A stretch of 25,434 bases of DNA from Gemmatimonadota bacterium (GCA_046758745.1 JBHIAV010000042.1:1-25434); one strand, 5' to 3'. Shown: positions 17,611 through 25,263, counted from the first letter of the stretch. Program-made: numbers and translations. The notes: generated by a model not told the origin, from the letters alone.

Positions 17611-18564
17611 GTGCGAAGAGGCTCCAGGCTCGTCACCGGCCTGACGACCCTCGTCCTGCTTTCGCCCACCGCCGCCCTGGCGCAGGCGCTCCCCTTCCAT
17701 ACGGAGACCGCCATCACGACGGGCTTCGAAGAGGAAGCCGCCCGTACGTTCGCCGCCTTCGGCGGCCGGGGGGGCCTGGTGCGGGACGGGGCGGACCTCG
17801 CCGATCCGATGCAGCGCGACATCGATGTGTTCGTCCAGCCGGTGGCGGTCCTGCCGTATGCGATCACCCCGATGTGGACCACCCGGGTGATCGTCCCTTA
17901 CCTGCGCAAGTCCATGGATTTCACCACGCCGGACGGCGCGCGCCGACGGTACGTCACGAGCGGGGTGGCCGACGCCATCCTGGACACCAAATGGGTCTTC
18001 CTGAGCAAGAACCGTCTGAAGGGTACCACACGGGTCGGGATCGAGGGTGGGGTCAAGATTCCTCTCGGCACGACCGGAGCCAGCTTGCCCAGCGGCGCGG
18101 TCGCTCCACGGCCGCTGCAGGTGGGAACGGGCTCGTGGGACTTTCCGTTCAAGGCGCTCTTCACGATGACGCGGAACCGCCTCGGGCTTCTCGCCAACGT
18201 CGGCTACCGGGTCAACACCACGGACGAGGGTTTCAAGGCAGGCAACGTTTTCAGCTACGACGTGGCCTTCGGTCTCCGGCTGGCGCCGTGGGTCTACAAG
18301 ACCCTCACCGACAAGTCGCTCATGGTCTACCTGGAGCTGAACGGAGAGGTGGCGCCGAGGGGCGAAATCGCCGGCACGCCCGATCCGGATTCCGGCGGTC
18401 ACCTGCTGTTCTTGAGTCCGGATGTGCAGTGGATCCCGACCCCGTGGTTGTTGTTCGAGGGATCGGTCCAGTTTCCGATCGTGCAGGACCTCAACGGGAC
18501 CCAGCTCGAATACGACATCCGGTTCCAGCTCGGCACCCGGCTCCGCTTCTCGGTCCTTCGGTAG
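17611..18564 (+). CDS. Putative outer-membrane beta-barrel 'transporter' (SphA/Phenol_MetA_deg-like)
   Basis: C-terminal part of ORF 16030..18564. GTG 17611 follows AGAGGAG and gives a signal peptide ending ALA-Q. Motifs GVAD...KW, GGVKIPLG, LQVGTGSWD and amphipathic strands. Alternative start at ATG 17494 (ATGA overlap with the ATPase stop). Confidence 0.72.
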   Translation: MRRGSRLVTGLTTLVLLSPTAALAQALPFHTETAITTGFEEEAARTFAAFGGRGGLVRDGADLADPMQRDIDVFVQPVAVLPYAITPMWTTRVIVPYLRKSMDFTTPDGARRRYVTSGVADAILDTKWVFLSKNRLKGTTRVGIEGGVKIPLGTTGASLPSGAVAPRPLQVGTGSWDFPFKALFTMTRNRLGLLANVGYRVNTTDEGFKAGNVFSYDVAFGLRLAPWVYKTLTDKSLMVYLELNGEVAPRGEIAGTPDPDSGGHLLFLSPDVQWIPTPWLLFEGSVQFPIVQDLNGTQLEYDIRFQLGTRLRFSVLR

Positions 18565-18601
18565 ATCGAATAACACTTGAGAGTTGTAGCGGGAGAAGGC
18601 G

Positions 18602-19666
18602 ATGCCGCCCTTCATAGCGAGCATACTGCATTGGGCTTCGGTCACCGGCCGCCACTTCGGGATCATGTTCTGGTGGGTCTGGCTGTCTGCGGTGGTAGCG
18701 ACCGCGGTGAGCGAATCCTTCCTGGTCGAGGGCCGACTTCGCCGCCTGCTGGAGCGTCCGACGGATGGTTGGCGGACAGTCTGGCTGGCGGCGCAGTTCG
18801 GCGTGCTGAGCCCTCCGAGCCGGAGCCGGATCTTCCGGCAGGCCAAGGAGCTCCTGGCTCGCGGAGTCAGTCCGGCGGGAGTGATGGCATACCTCGTGTC
18901 GGCGCAATCCCTGCTCATCTGGATGCTGTTCTTCATCGTCGGGCTGGACGGCCCCCAGCCGATGATCGGCCAGCTCGTGGCCGTCGGAACGGCGCTGGCG
19001 GTGCTGTCGTACGGGCTCCGGCGAACGCCCGAACGGCTGTGGGAGTTGGCGCGGCAATCGGCTGCGCAGGGGTCGGCCCGATCCAGGAACAAGGCGCCGA
19101 TCGCGCGGCGCGGACCCGTGTGGGCTCGGCTCGGCCTGTCCGCTGGAGGCCAGGTCTATTCGCTGTGGTGGCCCATGCTCTTCGGACTGGTAGGGATCGG
19201 CTTCTTTCTCGCTCTCGGCCAGTCCTCCGCCTACCTCTCCCTGCAGGGCGCGAAAGGACCGCTCGTACAGCTCGGCAACGGTGGGGTGGGACTGCTCGCG
19301 GCCTACGTGACCGGCGCACCGCTCGTCGGCAACGCGCTCTTCGCGGCCGGGCTCTGGAAACCCGAGTTCGTCACCTACGCCGGCCTCTCCGCCTTCTATC
19401 TGGGGACGCTGGTGATGCCGTTCGTGTTTCCCCGCTATCTGGCGCTCCTCGGTGTGGGGTTGGGGAAGCAGGTGCTGGGCTGGTTGATCGTGGCGATCCT
19501 GGCGGGTGCGCTGGCGGCCACGGCCTGGTGGTGGGGGCTGGACTGGCTCGCGGGAGTGCTCGGCGTCCGGGAGTCATTCGAGGCGCTCACCCACTCGACA
19601 CTCCGGCCGAACGACGTGCCGTGGTTCCACCACTGGTTCCAGCCGTCGGGGATGGGGGGAATGTGA
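18602..19666 (+). CDS. Polytopic permease, ArsP/DUF318-like
   Basis: About 8 hydrophobic segments in two halves. LLARGVS..GVMAYLVS and VGNALFAAGLW resemble DUF318 repeats. GGAG RBS. Confidence 0.65.
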   Translation: MPPFIASILHWASVTGRHFGIMFWWVWLSAVVATAVSESFLVEGRLRRLLERPTDGWRTVWLAAQFGVLSPPSRSRIFRQAKELLARGVSPAGVMAYLVSAQSLLIWMLFFIVGLDGPQPMIGQLVAVGTALAVLSYGLRRTPERLWELARQSAAQGSARSRNKAPIARRGPVWARLGLSAGGQVYSLWWPMLFGLVGIGFFLALGQSSAYLSLQGAKGPLVQLGNGGVGLLAAYVTGAPLVGNALFAAGLWKPEFVTYAGLSAFYLGTLVMPFVFPRYLALLGVGLGKQVLGWLIVAILAGALAATAWWWGLDWLAGVLGVRESFEALTHSTLRPNDVPWFHHWFQPSGMGGM

Positions 19667-19749
19667 ACCCCCAACGTGATCACCCTAAGACACATGGATT
19701 CGTTGATGCAGTGCTACGTTTCGAGAACCTAGAACCAGCGAGATTACCG

Positions 19750-20115
19750 ATGAAAGCGATTAGAACCGCAGCAGCCCTTGTCCTTGCTATCGGCCTGGCG
19801 GCTCCCCAGCTCGCGGCACAGCAGGAGGCCGCGGCCCCGGAACCAGAGCCGCGGCAGATTCAGGTAACCATCCTCGGGATGAGCTGCCCGTTCTGCGCCT
19901 ATGGCGTCGAACAGAAGCTCAAGAAGCTCGAGGGCGTCGAGGAGATCGAAGTGGTCCTCGAGACGGGCCTAGCCACCCTCACCATGGTGGAAGACGCCGA
20001 CCTCTCGAACGAGCTGCTACAGAAGACGGTGAAGGAGGCCGGATTCGAGGCCGCGAAGATCGTTCGCAACTTCGAGTCGGAATTCCCCGACTTCGATGGG
20101 AAGACGACCGGCTGA
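19750..20115 (+). CDS. Secreted/periplasmic HMA-domain protein, copy 1 (121 aa)
   Basis: C-terminal part of ORF 18577..20115. Signal peptide MKAIRTAAALVLAIGLAAPQLAA-Q and a GMSCPFC motif. Confidence 0.88.
   Translation: MKAIRTAAALVLAIGLAAPQLAAQQEAAAPEPEPRQIQVTILGMSCPFCAYGVEQKLKKLEGVEEIEVVLETGLATLTMVEDADLSNELLQKTVKEAGFEAAKIVRNFESEFPDFDGKTTG
19879..20063 (+). repeat. Direct repeat copy 1 (185 bp, 2 mismatches; 19918-20063 identical to 21286-21431)
   Basis: Base-by-base comparison at offset 1368. Confidence 0.95.
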
Positions 20116-20136
20116 TCGAACGTTGGAGGCGCGACG

Positions 20137-21039
20137 ATGCCCAGATTCGCCGCACTCGTCATCATGACCGTCCTTCTACACGGGACGGCAGACGGACAAA
20201 CGCCGTCGGTTCGCACCGGCTCACCGGTCACTGCGGGCCCCGTGCTGCGACACAATCCTGTCTTCGGACTTGGCCCGCAAACCATCTGGAAGGGGGGAAT
20301 CGGCGTCGCCCTCGAAGGCGAGCTTACGCGCGCCGCGAGCGCTGTCGAAGCAAGGGAGCGAGCACTCCACGTCGAGTTGCTCTACGGGGTGACGCAAGAC
20401 CTTACGCTCACGCTCGCCCTCCCGCTGGTCCAGCGAAAAACGGAGCGGGGCTTGATTCCCGGAGTGGGCCAAGTGGACCGCGACGCGACCGGTATCGGCG
20501 ATGGCGTCGTTCGTGCCAAGTGGCGATTCTTCCACAAGTTCAGTGGCCCGACACAGTACCACGCCGCTTTCATCGGAGGCGTCAAGCTACCGCTCGCAAG
20601 GACCGGTAGTGATCCGCCCCTCGGCTCCGGGTCGACCGATTTCCTCGGTGGCGTCACCATCTCCCGCGACGGACTGCGGTACTACCTGTGGACGTCGGCG
20701 CTAGTGCGGGCGAACGGCGAGGCCTTCGGTCGGAAGCGTGGCAACGAGTACCGCTACGATGCGGCCGTGGGATTTCGACCCTGGGTCCCCAAGTACACCG
20801 GCGTGGACCCGCTATTGCTCGTGGAGCTGAACGGGGTGACGGCGACCCGCACTGTGGTGGACGTCGTAGAGCAATCTCAGACCGGCGGCACGATAATGGC
20901 TGTTTCACCCGGGTTCTGGCTCACCCTCCGGAACTGGGCTCTGCAAGGTGCGATCAAGCTCCCCGTCTACCAGAATCTGCGCGGCGACCAGCCACAGTTC
21001 GACTACACTGTTGTCCTGAAGCTCGAGACGCACATGTGA
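20137..21039 (+). CDS. Second putative outer-membrane beta-barrel 'transporter' (SphA/Phenol_MetA_deg-like)
   Basis: Signal peptide, GIGDGVVRAKWRF, GGVKLP, PLGSGSTDF, YRYDAAVGFRP, LVELNG and KLPVYQNL.G.Q. Same motif order as 17611..18564. GGAGG RBS. Confidence 0.75.
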   Translation: MPRFAALVIMTVLLHGTADGQTPSVRTGSPVTAGPVLRHNPVFGLGPQTIWKGGIGVALEGELTRAASAVEARERALHVELLYGVTQDLTLTLALPLVQRKTERGLIPGVGQVDRDATGIGDGVVRAKWRFFHKFSGPTQYHAAFIGGVKLPLARTGSDPPLGSGSTDFLGGVTISRDGLRYYLWTSALVRANGEAFGRKRGNEYRYDAAVGFRPWVPKYTGVDPLLLVELNGVTATRTVVDVVEQSQTGGTIMAVSPGFWLTLRNWALQGAIKLPVYQNLRGDQPQFDYTVVLKLETHM

Positions 21040-21117
21040 ACTGCATTGCACGCTAATGCAGCCGCTCACGCCGCCGTCTCGGACAAGAAGAACTTTGACG
21101 ATAGAGGGACGACAATA

Positions 21118-21483
21118 ATGAGAAAGTTTCGAACCACAGTTGCCCTCGTGTTGGCGCTAGGCCTGGCAGCGCCCGCGGTCTTGGCGCAAGAGCAGGAGGT
21201 GATCCAGGAGCCCGAGTCGCGACAGATCGAGGTCACGATTCTGGGCATGAGCTGCCCCTTCTGCGCCTATGGCGTCGAACAGAAACTCAAGAAGCTCGAG
21301 GGCGTCGAGGAGATCGAAGTGGTCCTCGAGACGGGCCTAGCCACCCTCACCATGGTGGAAGACGCCGACCTCTCGAACGAGCTGCTACAGAAGACGGTGA
21401 AGGAGGCCGGATTCGAGGCCGCGAAGATCGTCCGCAGCTTCGAGTCGGAGTTTCCGGATTTCGATCAAGAGCGGGAGAGCTGA
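21118..21483 (+). CDS. Secreted/periplasmic HMA-domain protein, copy 2 (121 aa)
   Basis: ATG 21118 after AGAGGG, signal peptide MRKFRTTVALVLALGLAAPAVLA-Q and a GMSCPFC motif. Confidence 0.88.
   Translation: MRKFRTTVALVLALGLAAPAVLAQEQEVIQEPESRQIEVTILGMSCPFCAYGVEQKLKKLEGVEEIEVVLETGLATLTMVEDADLSNELLQKTVKEAGFEAAKIVRSFESEFPDFDQERES
21247..21431 (+). repeat. Direct repeat copy 2
   Basis: Matches 19879-20063 except at 21258 and 21285. Confidence 0.95.
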
Positions 21484-21502
21484 CGGGCCTGACGGCACCG
21501 GT

Positions 21503-21539
21503 AGGGGCCGCTCCTGTTCTGTCCTGGGAGACGGCCCCT
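21503..21539. terminator. GC-rich hairpin between convergent operons
   Basis: AGGGGCCG-CTCC...GGAG-A-CGGCCCCT inverted repeat. No U-tract on either side. Confidence 0.45.
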
Positions 21540-21585
21540 CGTCGAAGTTCCCCTACCAGCGTGGAGCGCTCCCAAGCGGAGCTCT

Positions 21586-23226
21586 TCACCCCGCGCAGCA
21601 GGAAAGGAGCTCCACCTCTCTGGTGAACGTCTGAGCGGCGAGCTTGAGCCCCTCCACCTCCGTCAGGTAGGGGAACAGCGCAGCCGCCAGGTCGGCAGTG
21701 CCGAGCCCCAGCTTCACGGCGAAGACGGCAGTCTGGATCACCTCGCTGGCCGCCGGCGAAAGCAGGTGGACGCCGAGCACCCGGCCGTCGTCCTCGCGCG
21801 CCACGATCTTGATGAGCCCCCGCGTGTCCCGGTTGGCCAGGGCACGAGGGACCTGCTCCATGAGCAATACGCGGCTGACCGCCTTCTCTCCCGTCTCCCT
21901 GGCTCCGGCCTCCGTGAGGCCGACCGAGGCCACCTGGGGATCGGTGAAGGTCACCGAGGGCATGGCCGAGAGGTCAAGCTCCTCTTCGGCTCCGTTGCCT
22001 TCGCCGGCCAGCGCGTTCTGAGCCGCCAGCGTGCCGGCCCTGGCCGCCACGTAGACGAATTGGGGAAGGGGAGTGCAGTCTCCGGCGGCATAGATGTGGG
22101 GCTGATTGGTTCGAAGCTTCGCGTCCACGGAGATGAACCCGTTCCGGTCTACCTCCACGCCGGCGGCCTCCAGGTTCAGGCTGGCCGATTCGGGGCGGCG
22201 ACCGGTGGCCATGAGTAGCCGGTCGCCGACGAGTGTCCGCGAGTCACCGTCCGCCATGAGGGCGACGCGGTACTCGCCGCTCTCGTGCGAGACGGATGTG
22301 ACCCGCGTGCCCGTGTATACCTCGATCCCCTCCTCCACGAAGTAGCCGGCGAGGGCCTCCCCGAGCTCCGCGTCCTCGGAGGGAAGGAGCGTCGGAAGTG
22401 CTTCGATGAGGGCCACGCGGCTTCCGAGGCGGGCGAACATCTGGCCCAGCTCCGCTCCTACCGAGCCCCCGCCCACCACAAGCAGTCGAGCCGGAACCTG
22501 CTCGCTCTGCAGCGCCTCCGTGCTCGTCCAGTACGACACGTCCTCGATACCCGGTATCGGCGGCACCCAGGGGCTGGCCCCCGTGGCGATGATGATCCGG
22601 TCTGCGTGAAGATCCATGCGCTCGCCCTCTCCTCGCCGGACCTCCACCGCGTCCGGTCCCCTGAAGCGAGCCTCTCCCTCCACATATTCAATGGACGGGT
22701 AGGCGGCGAGCACGTCCCGGTACTTGCTCCGCCGCAGCCGCTCGACGAGCTCGACTTTCTCTGCTTGCAGCAGCCGGGCCTCCGGCCGGCCGTCTCCCTT
22801 CGGCAGGCCGGCGAACGGATGATGCGTGCGGCGGTGGTGTATCTCGGCGGCCCGGATCAGCGTCTTGGAAGGGACGCACCCACGGTTCACACACGTGCCG
22901 CCGATCGTGCCGCGCTCGACGATCGTCACGCGGGCTCCGAGCTCGGCCGACCGGATCGCAGCGGCGAACGCGGCCGACCCTCCGCCCACGATGAGCACGT
23001 GGCGCCGGCGCCCGTCGTGACGCACTCTCGCGCGGTAGCCCGCTTCGGCGACGGCGGCTGCCAGACGCGCGCCATCTACGCCGGCCTCTGTCTCCGCGAC
23101 GGCCTGACCCATCCCGAGGCTGACTCGCGCCTCCTTCACCCCTTCGACGGCGAGCAGCGCCTTCCGTACGGACACAGCGCAGTGCTCGCATGTCATTCCT
23201 TCGACCTGCAGCTCGATCGTGGACAT
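21586..23226 (-). CDS. merA: Mercuric reductase with one NmerA domain
   Basis: GMTCEHC NmerA, GGGSAAFAAA, redox-active GGTCVNRGCVPSK, QFVYVAA, FTDPQVA, LFPYLT and C-terminal LSCCAG. Start is 23226 or 23247. Confidence 0.96.
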   Translation of the reverse strand: MSTIELQVEGMTCEHCAVSVRKALLAVEGVKEARVSLGMGQAVAETEAGVDGARLAAAVAEAGYRARVRHDGRRRHVLIVGGGSAAFAAAIRSAELGARVTIVERGTIGGTCVNRGCVPSKTLIRAAEIHHRRTHHPFAGLPKGDGRPEARLLQAEKVELVERLRRSKYRDVLAAYPSIEYVEGEARFRGPDAVEVRRGEGERMDLHADRIIIATGASPWVPPIPGIEDVSYWTSTEALQSEQVPARLLVVGGGSVGAELGQMFARLGSRVALIEALPTLLPSEDAELGEALAGYFVEEGIEVYTGTRVTSVSHESGEYRVALMADGDSRTLVGDRLLMATGRRPESASLNLEAAGVEVDRNGFISVDAKLRTNQPHIYAAGDCTPLPQFVYVAARAGTLAAQNALAGEGNGAEEELDLSAMPSVTFTDPQVASVGLTEAGARETGEKAVSRVLLMEQVPRALANRDTRGLIKIVAREDDGRVLGVHLLSPAASEVIQTAVFAVKLGLGTADLAAALFPYLTEVEGLKLAAQTFTREVELLSCCAG

Positions 23227-23287
23227 CGTCACGCTTTCTCTCTCCATTGCGTCCCCGACGGCACGGTCGGTCGGACTCGCGAGGCGC

Positions 23288-24046
23288 CTACACCGCCGGT
23301 GGCCGGCGGCTTCCGCCACCAAACAGGAACGGAACCAGCCAGTCCCGATCCTCATCCGTCAGGAAGTGCTGGGCCAGTAGGCCGAGCGCGACGCCGAAGA
23401 ACAGGTGCGCGACGAGGGTCAGAAGAAACAGCTGCGGCCACGCGTACCTCACGCCGAACGCCCCTACGATCGGCGCCATGGGGGGACCGGTCATCATGCC
23501 CAGTTCCAGAATGAGCGCCCACGCGGTCGCCCCTAGCGCGGCGGACCGATAGGACCGACGCTTGCCCCAACCGAACGCGTAGAACAGACCGAAGCTGGCC
23601 CCGTTGAGGTAGTGCACCAAGATCCCGGCGGAGTAATAGACGGCGAAGTTGGAGCTCCCGGTGGCCATCTTCCCGAACATCACGAACGTATCAGCGGGAA
23701 GCCAGCCGTGGATGACCCCCGCCTGGCGAACGGCGTCCAGAGCCACCGTCGCCACCGCGCCCGCTCCGAGCCCGACGGCGATCCGTCGGAATAGGTCCGG
23801 GTATCTTCGGTGGCCGTATACGGCGACTCCCAGCAACGCCAGCATCGCGGGCAGGTAGACGAACGGGATGTACCGGAGTGCGAACTCGTGGGCGACCGCC
23901 ATCACCTCGGGCCCCATTCTCACGCCGCGCACAAACTGCGCGTAGCCGAAAGAGAGGGTCACCAACTGAATCGGAACCGCCCCGCCCGCGACGAAAGCGA
24001 GGAGAGCCAGCGCCGTTCGGCGGCGATCCTTGATGTCAGGGCTCAT
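23288..24046 (-). CDS. Uncharacterised multi-pass membrane protein
   Basis: 252 aa with about 6 TM segments, a GGGGGAGG RBS before ATG 24046 and intramembrane His motifs (HYLNG, AHLFFG). Confidence 0.8.
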   Translation of the reverse strand: MSPDIKDRRRTALALLAFVAGGAVPIQLVTLSFGYAQFVRGVRMGPEVMAVAHEFALRYIPFVYLPAMLALLGVAVYGHRRYPDLFRRIAVGLGAGAVATVALDAVRQAGVIHGWLPADTFVMFGKMATGSSNFAVYYSAGILVHYLNGASFGLFYAFGWGKRRSYRSAALGATAWALILELGMMTGPPMAPIVGAFGVRYAWPQLFLLTLVAHLFFGVALGLLAQHFLTDEDRDWLVPFLFGGGSRRPPAV

Positions 24047-24081
24047 CGAACCTCCCCCATCCGCCAACAACAGTCTTCCTG

Positions 24082-24101
24082 ATATACCCTACGGGGCATA
24101 T
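24082..24101. promoter_or_regulatory. CsoR-type operator upstream of the membrane protein-merA unit
   Basis: ATATACCC-TACG-GGGCATAT, a 7/8 inverted repeat with the same geometry as the box upstream of csoR. Confidence 0.75.
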
Positions 24102-24109
24102 GCGAAGCG

Positions 24110-24154
24110 AAAAAAGAGCGGCCCAGTCGCGGCGAAAGTTCCGTCCGACTGGCC
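24110..24154 (-). terminator. Putative intrinsic terminator after the HMA lipoprotein gene
   Basis: Minus strand GGCCAGTCG...CGACTGGGCC stem followed by GCTCTTTTTT. Confidence 0.6.
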
Positions 24155-24163
24155 CGATTCCGT

Positions 24164-24544
24164 CTAGCTTTCGCCTTGGGTGCCGGTCAGTGGCGTCGCC
24201 ACGAACCCGACGTCGTTGATCGTGGTGATCAGCCGATTAGGCGACACGAGCGCAGGATCGTACTCGACCGTGCACCTTCCTTCGCCCGTCTCATCGTCAT
24301 ATTCCGCCACCGCCGAAGCCACACCGTCCAGCTTCTTCAGCGCCAGCTCGGTGGCGAGGGCACACCCTCCGCAGCTCATCCCGTCGACCTCGAACTCGGC
24401 GGTCACGAACTGAACCGTCTGCTCCGACGAGCCATCCGCCCGAGGCATGACGGTCTCCCGGTCTCCCGATTCCGCACACGCCGAAGAGAAGACTCCTATG
24501 GCTAGAGCCGCGGCGACGAGCAGAGCGGTCTTGCGTTGCCTCAT
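24164..24544 (-). CDS. MerP-like HMA-domain lipoprotein
   Basis: Signal peptide ending in lipobox-like FSSA-C, a GMSCGGC motif, and position downstream of merT. Confidence 0.85.
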   Translation of the reverse strand: MRQRKTALLVAAALAIGVFSSACAESGDRETVMPRADGSSEQTVQFVTAEFEVDGMSCGGCALATELALKKLDGVASAVAEYDDETGEGRCTVEYDPALVSPNRLITTINDVGFVATPLTGTQGES

Positions 24545-24559
24545 GAGGGTGCCCTCTTC

Positions 24560-24892
24560 CTAGAGGATCCAGGTCGACCAGGTGGGAAAGGTGGCGAAGA
24601 GAATCACCATCACCGTGCCTGCCCACAGCATGAACTTTTCCCGCTTGCGCTTCCTCTCTGATTTCTCGTCCGCCGCGCAGCGGTAGCGCTGTCCGTACAC
24701 GCCGTGGAACCCGACGGCCAGGAACAGCGTGGCGCCGCCCAGGAACCAGGGCCGCAGCGGCTCGAACGTGCTGGCGAGGCCGGCTCCTCCGATGCCGAGG
24801 CCCACGTAGAGGAGCGGCCCCGTGCAGCAGAGGGAGGAGGCGACCGCCGCTCCCAGCGCGCCGAATGTCGACAGAACGGGCTTCGCGAACAT
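24560..24892 (-). CDS. merT: MerT-family mercuric transport protein
   Basis: AS.LCC.GPL in TM1, LGIGGA, FEPLRPWF and three TM segments. Confidence 0.88.
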   Translation of the reverse strand: MFAKPVLSTFGALGAAVASSLCCTGPLLYVGLGIGGAGLASTFEPLRPWFLGGATLFLAVGFHGVYGQRYRCAADEKSERKRKREKFMLWAGTVMVILFATFPTWSTWIL

Positions 24893-24900
24893 GGGGCGCG

Positions 24901-25203
24901 CTACGTGTGGCGGAGATATTGGGCCAGCGCGCCCCGAAGGCTGTCGAACGCCTCCTCGCCCTGGCCGGAGCGCACGCTCTCGAGCACGCAGGTCTCCATG
25001 TGTCCTTCGATCAGCTGCCGCGCCACGCCGTTCACCGCGCTCTTCGCCGCTGCGAGCTGGACGAGGATCTCATCGCAGCTCTGGTGCTCCGACAGCATCT
25101 TGTTGATGCCGCGGATCTGTCCCTCCAGCCGGTTCAGCCGATTCCGCAGCGCTCGTTCCACGGCCTCATCCAGATACACCGTCGGCGCACAGGTCTGCGT
25201 CAT
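24901..25203 (-). CDS. CsoR/RcnR-family metal-sensing repressor (100 aa)
   Basis: RLNRLEGQIRGI.KM, SCDEILVQLAA and EGHMETCV. ATG 25203 follows a GAGGAGGAG RBS. Confidence 0.93.
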   Translation of the reverse strand: MTQTCAPTVYLDEAVERALRNRLNRLEGQIRGINKMLSEHQSCDEILVQLAAAKSAVNGVARQLIEGHMETCVLESVRSGQGEEAFDSLRGALAQYLRHT

Positions 25204-25234
25204 GGCGGGCTCCTCCTCGCTTTTTGCGGCGGTC

Positions 25235-25263
25235 ACACTAATACCCTGATGGGTATAACGCAA
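25235..25263 (-). promoter_or_regulatory. Promoter with embedded CsoR-type operator
   Basis: TTGCGT-N17-TAGTGT on the minus strand. The spacer is almost wholly the perfect dyad ATACCC-TGAT-GGGTAT (25241-25256). Confidence 0.82.

Noticed and set aside
18577-19749. 512-aa ORF fused to an HMA domain
   Set aside because: The N-terminal part is an Arg-rich shadow frame of the permease. The real gene starts at 19750 and matches its paralogue's length.
21042-21061. CTGCATT...AATGCAG hairpin after the second barrel gene
   Set aside because: Short stem without a U-tract; not enough to call a terminator or operator.
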